A stretch of DNA of 64,000 nt from a virus: the IMG/VR virus record IMGVR_UViG_3300025647_000030, positions 3,941-67,940 of that record. One strand, written 5' to 3'. Of this stretch, positions 10,497-21,360 are shown in pieces; the first letter of the stretch is position 1, and each line of letters opens with the position of its first letter. The position numbers and the translations under genes are program-made. The notes below the pieces were generated by a model. That model was not told the DNA's origin and did not search any database. It worked only from the letters and a program-made list of their open reading frames with translations.

Positions 10497-12142
10497 ATAG
10501 TCTTTCTTCACTAATTAATTACCAGTTACCTCAATTTATAGTTGAAGATCATCAATTATTTGTTGCTTTTGTTCAGACTTATTTTGATAACTTGGAAATG
10601 GATGAAAATTTCATCCATTTCTTTAGAGATTTCCAAGAATCTTTGAATATTGATAACGCAAGTGATAAATTTGTTGAAGAATACTATAAAGAATTTTGCG
10701 AAACTTTCCCCGTTTCTCAATATGTAGATAAAAAAACAATTATAAAACATATAAAAGAATTTTACATATCGAAAGGTTCTGAATCATCGTTTAAGTTTAT
10801 TTTCACCATTCTTTTTAATTCTGATATTGAAATTATATATCCTAGAATATTCATGCAAGAAGCATCCGGTGGACAATATATACAAGAGAAATATTTCTAT
10901 TGTACGGCAAATAATAAAAGCGCAATTAATATACAAACAATGGTTGACGCATCGTTATCGGTATATGGTATTATCACTGGAGCAACCGCGATAATTGATA
11001 TTATAGATTCATTTACTTATTTCGGTAATGATTATTTTAAAATTAAACTTTCTTCCTATGATAAAGATTTTTCATCCGAAGAAATTATTAAAATATACAT
11101 TAACGATACTGTAATAACCGAACAAATTATTGATTCGATTAATTCAATTCAAATTCTTGATGGTGGTAAAGACTATACTATTTACGATACAATAAGCATA
11201 CGTGATGATATTGGTAACGGTAGAAATACGCAAGCAAGAATAACAAAAGTATCTAAAGGTGGATATAACGAATATGATATTGTTGATGGTGGAACTAATT
11301 ATGCTATTGGTGATATTGTATCCGCTATACCCGTATCTAATTCATCGGGACATAGTTTTTCCGGAGAAGTATCTGCTGTTGATGAAACAACAGGAGCGAT
11401 TAATGGTATAAGAATATTTGATTCTGGTTATAATTACCCAAGAAGTACATTTGCATTAATAGAATCAGTAAATGGTTCTAATGCTATTATTAGTTTAACA
11501 GGCGATGTTGGAGCAATACAAGCAATTGATGTTATCGATTCTGGTTATTTATATGATACTCCTATTCTCGATATTAATACGTCAACCGGTACTGGTTTTG
11601 ATTATAGTGTTATTTTTAATCCAATATATGAACAACCAAAAAGATATATAAATGATGACGATTGGCTATCTTCTACATCAAAAATACAAGATAGTTATTA
11701 TTACCAACAATTTTCATATGCAATAAAATCAAAAATATCTCCAGATAAATGGATAGATATTATAAAAACAAATATTCATCCTGTTGGTTCCGAGGCTTTT
11801 GCTATATTTTTAAGGGAAGATGAACGGGATGTTTCTGTTATTTTACCGGAAAATTATAAAGAATTAATAAAGATAGAAAATTTAAATTATCCGGTCACAA
11901 GTATAAATACTGAAATAGAATCGGTAGATTTATATTTTACAACAAGAAAAGATTTTTACACACCAATATCATACAGTATGGGTTTAACATATTTTGATAT
12001 TGATCAAATTAAGTTTTGGGATAATTTTGACCATACACTTAATGAATTTAAAAATGTAACATTTAATCAATTTACTTTTCCTCAAAGTAGAATATTTACG
12101 CATGAGGAAAAACAAGAATCAACAGAAATAACTATTATATAG
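10493..12142 (+). CDS. gp7: Baseplate wedge initiator, gp7-like
   Basis: IKHIKEFYISKGSESSFKFIFTILFN and KIQDSYYYQQFSYAIKS...HPVG motifs; between gp6 and gp8. Confidence 0.7.
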   Translation: MNSLSSLINYQLPQFIVEDHQLFVAFVQTYFDNLEMDENFIHFFRDFQESLNIDNASDKFVEEYYKEFCETFPVSQYVDKKTIIKHIKEFYISKGSESSFKFIFTILFNSDIEIIYPRIFMQEASGGQYIQEKYFYCTANNKSAINIQTMVDASLSVYGIITGATAIIDIIDSFTYFGNDYFKIKLSSYDKDFSSEEIIKIYINDTVITEQIIDSINSIQILDGGKDYTIYDTISIRDDIGNGRNTQARITKVSKGGYNEYDIVDGGTNYAIGDIVSAIPVSNSSGHSFSGEVSAVDETTGAINGIRIFDSGYNYPRSTFALIESVNGSNAIISLTGDVGAIQAIDVIDSGYLYDTPILDINTSTGTGFDYSVIFNPIYEQPKRYINDDDWLSSTSKIQDSYYYQQFSYAIKSKISPDKWIDIIKTNIHPVGSEAFAIFLREDERDVSVILPENYKELIKIENLNYPVTSINTEIESVDLYFTTRKDFYTPISYSMGLTYFDIDQIKFWDNFDHTLNEFKNVTFNQFTFPQSRIFTHEEKQESTEITII

Positions 12143-12152
12143 AGAGTTTAAT

Positions 12153-13916
12153 ATGCCAGCAAAAATCACAAATAATTTAAGAATCTTAAACGCAAATCAG
12201 TTTTTGAACTTATTTTCGGTTTATCCTTATAATGAATGGGCTTCAGGGGTAGCATATGCAGAAGGTCAAGTTGTTAAGTATGAGACAAATAAGTATATAG
12301 CTTTGGGTTCTGGTACTTCAGGAAATTCACCACCGACACATTCTACAGGTACGGCATCAGATGATAATATTGATTGGTTGTTTATTGAAAAAAACTTTGG
12401 TCTTAATTTCTTTAAGAATAAAATATATATTGGTATAGGTAAAACACAAGAATGGAGACCATTTCTTGTTGTATCACCACCTAACTGGGTTTCTGCGGCG
12501 TATTCTATAAATGATGTTGTAATTGACGCAACAGACTCCAATTATTATATTGCTATCACAGATCATTCCGGTGAAATTACAGTACCATCAGCCGATTCTA
12601 CAAATTGGGCATTAATGAGTTGGGTTTCCGAAGGTTCTTACATTGAAGGCGATATTATCGAATATAGTACAAACTATTATATTGCTTTACAGACACACGA
12701 TACTAGAGTGGATACACCAGATATTGATACAGATTATTGGCTTGAAATTAACTCAGAAACACCTTTAATTCCGGAAAACGATTTTGAAAATATGTATCGT
12801 TACCTTGATAATTTGGTTACAGTTAAGAAACTCTCCGGTAATGATGTTGAATATGGTATTGTACGACATGATTGGGTGTCTGGTGATGTTTATGATGCAT
12901 TTGATCCGGCTATCGATGACTTTAATTATAACAATTCTTTCTATACAATTACGGATGATTTTGGTACTAAAAGAATTTATAAATGTCTTGATAATGCGGG
13001 AGGTGCTTCTTCTACAATAATGCCAACAAGTGAATCATCAAATACAATTAGAACTGCTGATGGTTACTTATGGAAATATATGGGTCGCGCCGGTAACGAT
13101 GCATTGGAATCATTTATTTCATCTAATTATTTTCCAGTAGTATATAAAACTTTTGATGATGGCTCCGGTCAATGGTTAGCACAACAGAACGCTAAGAAAA
13201 ATTCAATCAGTAATATTAAGGTTGTAAATGGCGGTACTGGTTATGATGGTTCAACCACTATAACAATTAGCGCACCCGATATTGGTACCGATCAAGCAAC
13301 AGCATCTATAGTATTAGATAACGATTCTATTAATTATATTGAATTGTCAAACATTGGTTCTGGATATATCAATCCACCAACCGTAACAATTGGTGGAAAT
13401 ATAGGTAATGAAGATGCTGTATTGGAAGTTGTTATGGCACCTAAAGATGGAAACGGTTCAAATATTCTCAAGGAACTTAATGCTAGATATGTAATTATAC
13501 AGACAGAATTCCAGTCAGATGAAGGTTCATTTCCAGCCGGTGATAATTACTTCCCAATTACTGGTGAAAATGATTTCAGACAGATTTCTATTATGATTGA
13601 TCCATATGATTGGAATAGCGAAGTGTGTAACAATACATATTACATTGGATATGAACATAATGATTTTGTTGATCCAACATTATTTACAACATTTAATAGT
13701 GTTTCGTCATATGTTGTTGGTGATTATGTGATTTATGATAATCTTCATTGGGTTTGCTCAACTAACCATAGTGGTGTTTGGAATAGTTCAAATTTCACAC
13801 AATTAAAAGAGCAATTAGAAACTGGTTCAGGAACATTGCTATATATTGATAACTCAGATGTAGTTACAAGGGCTTCTGGACAAACAGAAGATATTAAAAT
13901 CATTTTAAAATTCTAA
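12153..13916 (+). CDS. gp8: Baseplate wedge subunit gp8 with inserted CBM5/12-like modules
   Basis: RIYKCLDN.GG..ST..P.......TADGYLWKYM, NDFRQISI..DP, and GSGTLLYIDN...VTRASGQTEDIKIILKF. Confidence 0.88.
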   Translation: MPAKITNNLRILNANQFLNLFSVYPYNEWASGVAYAEGQVVKYETNKYIALGSGTSGNSPPTHSTGTASDDNIDWLFIEKNFGLNFFKNKIYIGIGKTQEWRPFLVVSPPNWVSAAYSINDVVIDATDSNYYIAITDHSGEITVPSADSTNWALMSWVSEGSYIEGDIIEYSTNYYIALQTHDTRVDTPDIDTDYWLEINSETPLIPENDFENMYRYLDNLVTVKKLSGNDVEYGIVRHDWVSGDVYDAFDPAIDDFNYNNSFYTITDDFGTKRIYKCLDNAGGASSTIMPTSESSNTIRTADGYLWKYMGRAGNDALESFISSNYFPVVYKTFDDGSGQWLAQQNAKKNSISNIKVVNGGTGYDGSTTITISAPDIGTDQATASIVLDNDSINYIELSNIGSGYINPPTVTIGGNIGNEDAVLEVVMAPKDGNGSNILKELNARYVIIQTEFQSDEGSFPAGDNYFPITGENDFRQISIMIDPYDWNSEVCNNTYYIGYEHNDFVDPTLFTTFNSVSSYVVGDYVIYDNLHWVCSTNHSGVWNSSNFTQLKEQLETGSGTLLYIDNSDVVTRASGQTEDIKIILKF

Positions 13917-13922
13917 TAGCAT

Positions 13923-16900
13923 ATGGCAAAAATAAAATTTAGTAGTGGACCGTACTATGATGATTTCGATTCAACTAAAAATTATCAGAGGGTTCTTTTT
14001 AAACCGAAAAATTCAATTCAGGTTAGAGAATTAAACCAGTTACAATCTATTTTCTCCAACCAGATTGAAACTTTTGCAGATCATATATTTAAATTTGGAT
14101 CTAGGGTTGATGCTGGTTCTGTTAAATATTTTGATTCAGTTGATTACGTTTCTTTAGAGGAAAGTGATATTGATTTTACCAATATGATTGGTAGAAAATT
14201 TAAAGGACTTTCAACAGGTTTAACTGCTATTGTTTTGACATATGCACCTGAAGAAGAAATTGATAAAGTAAATAATATAATTGAAAATAATACTCTGTAT
14301 ATATCATATGTTGGTGGTGGTGATACATTAGAAGTTAAATTCCGCGATGGTGAAATAATAGAATCTATCGATGACTATAAAGATACATATACAATTTCTT
14401 CCGTAGGTAAGGGTACAACCTTTGCCGTATCAGAAGCAACTTATTATGTTTATGGTCATTTCGTAACTTGCTTACCTCAAACAATCGTACTTAGTAAATT
14501 CGATAAGAATCCAACTTATAAAATTGGTTTACTTATTAATCAATCTATTGTCACCAGTAAAGATGATAAAACACTACTTGATAATGCTATAGGTACATCA
14601 AATTATGGCGCTCCGGGTGCTGATCGCTATAAGATAGAATTAACACTAACTAAAAAGAATATTGATGCTGTCACCGATGAAAACTTTATTGAATTGGCAA
14701 AAGTCAGAGATGGTAAATTAACAGAAGTATTGAATAAACCACAATATTCAGAAATTTCAAAAATGATCGCCAAAAGAACATACGATGAATCTGGCGATTA
14801 TACTGTAAAACCATTTACTCTTTCATTTGAAGAAAATGAAACTGACTCAACAAAATATAATATTACAATTTCTCCCGGAAAGGCATATGTTAAGGGCTAT
14901 GAAATTGAAAAACAAACCAACACACATCTAATTGCCGATAAGTCATATGGTTCTGAAGGTATAACTAAAAACGTTAATATTGATTACAATAATAGAGTTT
15001 TATATACTTTAAATCCAATGGCAAATTTACCTAATTTTACGCCGAATGTTGATAATACATATGTTTCTACGACAAAACATGAAGTTGATATTAATACTTA
15101 TATAAATCATGTATATGATTTAACTAGTACTTACACAGATTACACACATAAAGCTTTAACCAGTAGTACTATCGGTTATATAGGAGATTTAAATGGTGAC
15201 ATTTTTGTTACCGGAGATCCATTAACCGAAGAGCCGTATTTTGCTACTAGTACTAGTACGTATTATGATAGCGGATATATAAATTATGGAGCAGTACAAA
15301 TAAAGGATATTAATACCGGAGAAAACCGTATTATATACAATCCAGAAATTGAAAATGGAAATTCAACAAAAAATATTGTCTGGCTTTTTGAACCAACTGG
15401 ATCCGATCTCAGTACTAACCTACAAGATAGATACTTCCATTTTTCATTAGAAGGAGCGTCTTGGATATATGGAGAATATTGGAATCGACCAAAAGATTCA
15501 TATTCCTATACTGTTATTGAAGGACATACTTATTATATTAATGATGTTTTTAATAATAAATTTTATAAATTAGTATTCACGACATATGATTTAGATCCTA
15601 ATGGTTATGGTACTGTAGAATATACAAGACAAGAAATTCATAGAACAACAGGACAATTAATTGGAACACCAATTAATGTTGTTATGAATGATACAAATCA
15701 ATTTGTAGATGAAATAGGCACAAATGTATCTCTCGCTATAAATTGGAATACGGCATATGGTATTCAAATGATTGGATTTATCAATCCAATTTATAACACT
15801 GAAGTCACAAACAGTTCTCTAAATATTGATCCATATAATTATTATGAAGATGCTGTTAAGTACCAACCAAATTTTGGTTTTGATGTTTCACATAATAATA
15901 ATTATTTATTCGTTTCAGCAAACAAACCCTTCGATCAAGAAACGTCATATTATTCATATCAATATTATGGAAATGTAAATAATGTTGAAGGTGATAAAGT
16001 TTACATATTTGATAAAAATAATAATTATGAATTAATACATGAAATAATTTCAGATTCACCAGTAAATGATTGGAATTCTGGCACTATATATTCAAATTTT
16101 GGTTATAGATTAGCATCATCGGATGATTATCTTGTGGTTGTTGAATTTGTAAATGTTGAAAGTGCTTACTATAATTATAGATATGATGTTCACTTCAATG
16201 TTAAGGTTTATTCAACGGTTGATTGGAGTAAAATACATGATTTCACACTACCAAATTCTTTATTAACATCACATTATTCGTTTTTTCCATCCAAATGGTC
16301 TAGAGACTATTTTGATGGTCCATTAATTAATATACATATCGATAAAAGTGATGGTAAAACTCTAGTCATTGCAATGGAGCATGGTGAACAAATAGCTTTG
16401 TTGAATTATCCAGCTGAAAAAAATTCAAGTGTAATGGCTTTTGATTTATCAACAACAATAAACACCGACACAGTACTTGATTTAGAACAATCAGCTATTT
16501 TTTTAATTGATAGAAATTATACCGATGATAATTATATAGGTGTCCATGGTGATAGAATATCAACTTTTGGTGTTGGTTCTAATGTTTTGGTTAATAATAC
16601 AACTCCAACAAGTGATTTAATAAACAATAATTATTATGATGTAAAATTTGAATTTTTAGCAAGTAGAGAAACAACTGCGATAAATGGTGATTATATATTA
16701 ATAGGTGAACCTGGTTATGATGCCGAGTATAATGGAAGTTATTATAAATCTTCAGGTGCCGCATATCTTTATGATAGAAGTGGTACATTACTACATACAT
16801 TTACACATCCAGAAGATTATAATGAACCAGACGTATTACAACTTTTTGGTTTTTCTGTAGCATTAAATGACAATTTCATATATATTTCTACAATATCCGA

Positions 16901-19900
16901 TCATGATTGGAATCATCCGGCTGCAAATAATTATACAATTAGTCCAACGGGTGCTATTTATGTTTTTTCTTTACATACATATGAACTATTAGATGTTATA
17001 AGAAGTGATCCATATACTCAGAATTACGATAATTATATGTATAAAAATTTTTATGGTGATGCTGATCAGTTCAATACTTATATGAATAACATTGATTTCC
17101 TAGGAAATTCAATTTATTTAAATAATAATCATTTTATTGCATCGGCAAATAATTCAGCAGACGTTAATTCCATATACAATTATCATAATAATCAACAGCC
17201 CTATGATAATATAGAATTAAATTATGGTAGATATAGTGTTTGGTCTGTAACCGACACATCAACCGGTAATGTTTGGGAAGGCGTACCCTATTTTGGTAAT
17301 CCAGAAGATAATAAGTTTACAACTATTGATGCAACCGGAACTTATCCACTTGATGGTACATTTATGTTCAAATCATATGAGAAGGTTGATGATGAAACAT
17401 ACTATCTAAACTATTTTGACTTTAATGGTACTATTAATGAAAACTTTACAACACCATTCTATTACTTACACGATACAGCAACAGAAAATACACTTATAAA
17501 TTCATTAGGATCCGATGTTAGCACTATTTCAAACATTGTCTTTATTGAAGGTGGAGTTGAAGTCAATGCAATATTGAAAACAAAGACATTAAAAGAAAAA
17601 ACAATAACACATACAACCAGTATATCCGATGAAACTATTAGTCTACTTCAGGCTGATTGTGTTAGAATTGTTTCAATTACAAATGTAACGCAAAGTAAAG
17701 ATTACACAAACAATTATAAGTTGAATATTAATTCTAGTGGTAATTATTATGAATATTCATCAATAGACGTTAGAAGTACATACTATGAATGGCCAACTGC
17801 TGGTGATGTTTTATCCATTACTTTTGAATATTATGAATGGGGTAATACAGCAACCGGTCATTGTTTTGTGAAAGATTCATATATTGGTGTTGACTATATT
17901 AATTTCCCATCATTTGAATCCTATAATTTAAGAGATTGCATTGATTTTAGACCTCTTAAATTACCTACTGGTGAAATACTCTATGCCAATGGTACGCCAG
18001 ATGATATGTCAATTATTTCATTTGATGCTGAATATTATAGATCAAGAATCGATGTATTATCATTGACGGACACAGGTAGATTTATTATCACAACAGGTCA
18101 ATATTCTGATAACCCTAAAGCACCTAAGATACCTGATAATGCAATGCCAATTTATACTATTGATTATCTTCCAAATACCTTAAACCTGTATAATGATATT
18201 TTTCCAAAATTCATTGAGAATAAACGTTATACAATGTCGGATATTTACCAATTAGAAAAAAATATCGAAAATCTAGAAACATATGTAACACTAAATTTAC
18301 TTGAGAGAGATTTGGATACTATGGAGATTTTTGATGCTAATGGTAATAAACGCTATAAAAATGGTTATATCACAGATAATTTTGATAGTTTAAAAAGTGC
18401 GAATGTAACATCTAAAGATTATCAGGCTGGTGTTGATGTTATTCGTAAAGAATTAAGACCATCATTCAAAAAACGCGATGTTAAATTAGCATTTGATGAA
18501 AGTAAATCCGATCATTATCAGGTAACGGGTGATGTTGTTACCTTACCCTATGCCGATGTCGAATATGTTAAACAACCATATAATACTAAAACTATTTCTA
18601 TAAATCCATATTTTGTTTTCGCATCAAAAGGAAATATGGATTTATCACCATCGAATGATGTGTGGACAGATACAGTTAATGATCCGCCTGTAAAAGTCAA
18701 TATTGATACTGGTGTTGATATGGCTAGAACTTTGGCATCTGAAGTTGGATTGACTGGAACATTCTGGAATGAACCAAAGATAACAAAGGAAGTTATTTCT
18801 AGCAGTCAGTCTGAATCTACTTCATCTGCATCAAGAACGCGCACAGTCGCGACCGCAGGTCGTTCGCAAAATGGACAGCTTGTTAGGAGAACAACCACAA
18901 CTACAACAGTGACAACTACACAAACGGATAGAATTAGAGAAACTAGAGATTTTACCGGCGATAAAGTTACTTTAGAGGGCGAAATAAATGATTATTCTGT
19001 TGGTAATGTTGTTAACAATGTGGAATTATTAACATATACACGTTCAACGGATGTATATTTCTCTGCGGCTGGATTAAAAGGAAATACACAAGTTTATTTC
19101 TTCTTTGAAGGTGTTGATGTAACGGAAGATGTTAGACCTGTTAGCGGTGTTTTTGGTACTCCGATGATAACATCCGAGACTGGTTCTATTTCCGGAATAT
19201 TCAGAATACCCAATCGTGAAGGTAAAAGATTTTATGTTGGTACCGGTACATTTAGAATCACAAATTCAAAAACAAACAGTGATGATCAGGATGAATTATT
19301 ATGTTTTGCTGAAGCGCAATATCATTCCGGTGGTTTAGTTCAGGATAAAAATGATAGAATATTAAGTGTTACTTCTCCTGTATTTGTGCATACACCTGTA
19401 ACAAAAACACTAACAAGTACATATAACGAAAGTAGAGTTGTTGGATCAACAAGTTCTGCAAGCACAAGAGATGTGGCTTTGCCGCTGCGGCCGCGGGTCG
19501 TTGTGAATAGGTTCGGTCGGGATCCAGTTGCACAATCATTTAAAATTGAAAATGAAGAAAATGGTGTATTCTTAACTAAGATCGATACATATTTCTCGGA
19601 AGTCGGAACTAAAGGAATGCCTTGTTGGCTTGAAGTGCGAGAAATGGTTAATGGTTATCCGGGACCTAAATTAATTCCATATGGTAGAATATATAAAAAC
19701 GCAGATGCAATTTCGGTTTCAGAAGATGGTTCTATACCCACAACATGGACATTTGAATCACCATTATATTTGAGTTCACAAGTTGAATATTGTTTTGTTA
19801 TTGGTGGAAATGATCCTGATTATAGAATACATATATGTAAACTTGGTGACACCGATGTTTTAACCAATACTGTAGTTGAAGAACAGCCGCATATGGGTTC

Positions 19901-21350
19901 TATGTTTAAAGGACAAAACAACCGTACTTGGAATGCTTCACAATATGAAGATATTAAGTTTATACTATATAAAGCCAAATTTGATATATCTTCTCAAATG
20001 AAAGTTTCATTTGTGCGTGATGATATTGGAACAAAAGAACCAATGTCAACAAATGCCTTTGAAACCGTAACTGATAGCTATGATATTAGAGTGCGTCATT
20101 TAAATCATGGATTTAGTGTTGGTGATAAAGTTACTATTAATTTGTTGGAAGATAATACTTTTGATTTACTTATTGTTTCTGGTGATATTACTGAAGGTCA
20201 GACTATTACTGGTGCAAATGGACAATTTAAAGTAAAAGAAGCAACCTATGTCGGTACTGATGAATTAACTGGTTATGAAAAATATTCAATACAGCCAGAA
20301 GATTTATTTGGTTATTTTTCTGATAATGAAACAGTTAATGGATTACCTTATTATCCAAAAATACCACCAAAATTAAACATTTATAGCATTGATGATATAC
20401 CAACAACAATAGATCCACTTGTTGCTATATTGCCAGATGGTATTGATAATACATTTAACGGTATATCACTTTCTGCATTATCTAAGAAAGCACACACCAT
20501 TACTGGAGTTGATTCTTTAGATACATTCACAATTACACTGAATGAGAAAGCAAGCGAAACTGGTAAAATAGGTGGACTTGGTAATTATCTATATCCTAAT
20601 ATTGTTTTTGACGCAATGAATTTAAGTGTATCTGATATTGACTTTGCTGGTACCGGCACATGGTACTATGATAGTGTTAGATATTCTGGTATAGGTTCTA
20701 TTCTACAGAATAATCTTGCTATTACAGGACAATATTTTGTGAAGAATAACTTTACTGAATTGGAAATGCCAATAAAAATGAATACTGCAACAAATGATAA
20801 ATTAAAATATATTGATGGTAGTAAATCATTTTACGCGATAGGGCAGTATGAATCTTTGGATGAAAATGTTTCACCCATTATAAATACATCAAATTGTGTT
20901 ATTAAAACATTTGGTAATAGAATTGAATGGAATGATGCCGATACACATTTAGATTGGATAGAAGAAACAAATTCTTTAGGTGAAGGTAGCGAAAAAGCAA
21001 AATACTGTACTTTACCTGTTAGAATGACAGATTCGGCAAATGATATTAGGATTATTTGTGATATAAATTGTCAAGATGAAGGTGATGTAATATTCTATTA
21101 TAGAACATTAGATGAACAGTCTTATGATGATATACTAGATGAAGATTGGATAAAAATTGACCCATCATCTTTTATTTTAACTAAGGTTGATGATAGAACT
21201 ACTTTTATTGAGCATGAGATAAATATACCGGATGTTGCTGGTTTAGAATTACCTAATTTTAAAGCATACCAGATCAAAATAGTATTAAAAACAAGAAATA
21301 CATCTAAGCCACCTAGAATAAAGAAATTGAGATGTATAGCAACCACATAG
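13923..21350 (+). CDS. Large structural protein, VrlC/DUF4815-like, paralog 1 (with beta-propeller insertion)
   Basis: PYYDDFD..KNYQRVLFKP...IQVRELNQLQS, APGADRYKI, AKRTYDESGDYTV, DPVAQSF, C-terminal PPRIKKLRCIATT. Confidence 0.8.
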   Translation: MAKIKFSSGPYYDDFDSTKNYQRVLFKPKNSIQVRELNQLQSIFSNQIETFADHIFKFGSRVDAGSVKYFDSVDYVSLEESDIDFTNMIGRKFKGLSTGLTAIVLTYAPEEEIDKVNNIIENNTLYISYVGGGDTLEVKFRDGEIIESIDDYKDTYTISSVGKGTTFAVSEATYYVYGHFVTCLPQTIVLSKFDKNPTYKIGLLINQSIVTSKDDKTLLDNAIGTSNYGAPGADRYKIELTLTKKNIDAVTDENFIELAKVRDGKLTEVLNKPQYSEISKMIAKRTYDESGDYTVKPFTLSFEENETDSTKYNITISPGKAYVKGYEIEKQTNTHLIADKSYGSEGITKNVNIDYNNRVLYTLNPMANLPNFTPNVDNTYVSTTKHEVDINTYINHVYDLTSTYTDYTHKALTSSTIGYIGDLNGDIFVTGDPLTEEPYFATSTSTYYDSGYINYGAVQIKDINTGENRIIYNPEIENGNSTKNIVWLFEPTGSDLSTNLQDRYFHFSLEGASWIYGEYWNRPKDSYSYTVIEGHTYYINDVFNNKFYKLVFTTYDLDPNGYGTVEYTRQEIHRTTGQLIGTPINVVMNDTNQFVDEIGTNVSLAINWNTAYGIQMIGFINPIYNTEVTNSSLNIDPYNYYEDAVKYQPNFGFDVSHNNNYLFVSANKPFDQETSYYSYQYYGNVNNVEGDKVYIFDKNNNYELIHEIISDSPVNDWNSGTIYSNFGYRLASSDDYLVVVEFVNVESAYYNYRYDVHFNVKVYSTVDWSKIHDFTLPNSLLTSHYSFFPSKWSRDYFDGPLINIHIDKSDGKTLVIAMEHGEQIALLNYPAEKNSSVMAFDLSTTINTDTVLDLEQSAIFLIDRNYTDDNYIGVHGDRISTFGVGSNVLVNNTTPTSDLINNNYYDVKFEFLASRETTAINGDYILIGEPGYDAEYNGSYYKSSGAAYLYDRSGTLLHTFTHPEDYNEPDVLQLFGFSVALNDNFIYISTISDHDWNHPAANNYTISPTGAIYVFSLHTYELLDVIRSDPYTQNYDNYMYKNFYGDADQFNTYMNNIDFLGNSIYLNNNHFIASANNSADVNSIYNYHNNQQPYDNIELNYGRYSVWSVTDTSTGNVWEGVPYFGNPEDNKFTTIDATGTYPLDGTFMFKSYEKVDDETYYLNYFDFNGTINENFTTPFYYLHDTATENTLINSLGSDVSTISNIVFIEGGVEVNAILKTKTLKEKTITHTTSISDETISLLQADCVRIVSITNVTQSKDYTNNYKLNINSSGNYYEYSSIDVRSTYYEWPTAGDVLSITFEYYEWGNTATGHCFVKDSYIGVDYINFPSFESYNLRDCIDFRPLKLPTGEILYANGTPDDMSIISFDAEYYRSRIDVLSLTDTGRFIITTGQYSDNPKAPKIPDNAMPIYTIDYLPNTLNLYNDIFPKFIENKRYTMSDIYQLEKNIENLETYVTLNLLERDLDTMEIFDANGNKRYKNGYITDNFDSLKSANVTSKDYQAGVDVIRKELRPSFKKRDVKLAFDESKSDHYQVTGDVVTLPYADVEYVKQPYNTKTISINPYFVFASKGNMDLSPSNDVWTDTVNDPPVKVNIDTGVDMARTLASEVGLTGTFWNEPKITKEVISSSQSESTSSASRTRTVATAGRSQNGQLVRRTTTTTTVTTTQTDRIRETRDFTGDKVTLEGEINDYSVGNVVNNVELLTYTRSTDVYFSAAGLKGNTQVYFFFEGVDVTEDVRPVSGVFGTPMITSETGSISGIFRIPNREGKRFYVGTGTFRITNSKTNSDDQDELLCFAEAQYHSGGLVQDKNDRILSVTSPVFVHTPVTKTLTSTYNESRVVGSTSSASTRDVALPLRPRVVVNRFGRDPVAQSFKIENEENGVFLTKIDTYFSEVGTKGMPCWLEVREMVNGYPGPKLIPYGRIYKNADAISVSEDGSIPTTWTFESPLYLSSQVEYCFVIGGNDPDYRIHICKLGDTDVLTNTVVEEQPHMGSMFKGQNNRTWNASQYEDIKFILYKAKFDISSQMKVSFVRDDIGTKEPMSTNAFETVTDSYDIRVRHLNHGFSVGDKVTINLLEDNTFDLLIVSGDITEGQTITGANGQFKVKEATYVGTDELTGYEKYSIQPEDLFGYFSDNETVNGLPYYPKIPPKLNIYSIDDIPTTIDPLVAILPDGIDNTFNGISLSALSKKAHTITGVDSLDTFTITLNEKASETGKIGGLGNYLYPNIVFDAMNLSVSDIDFAGTGTWYYDSVRYSGIGSILQNNLAITGQYFVKNNFTELEMPIKMNTATNDKLKYIDGSKSFYAIGQYESLDENVSPIINTSNCVIKTFGNRIEWNDADTHLDWIEETNSLGEGSEKAKYCTLPVRMTDSANDIRIICDINCQDEGDVIFYYRTLDEQSYDDILDEDWIKIDPSSFILTKVDDRTTFIEHEINIPDVAGLELPNFKAYQIKIVLKTRNTSKPPRIKKLRCIATT
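19883..19939 (+). repeat. 57-bp exact repeat, copy 1 (copy 2 at 25587-25643)
   Basis: ACAGCCGCATATGGGTTCTATGTTTAAAGGACAAAACAACCGTACTTGGAATGCTTC is present in both VrlC-like paralogs. Confidence 0.9.
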
Positions 21351-21360
21351 GATAACTTAA

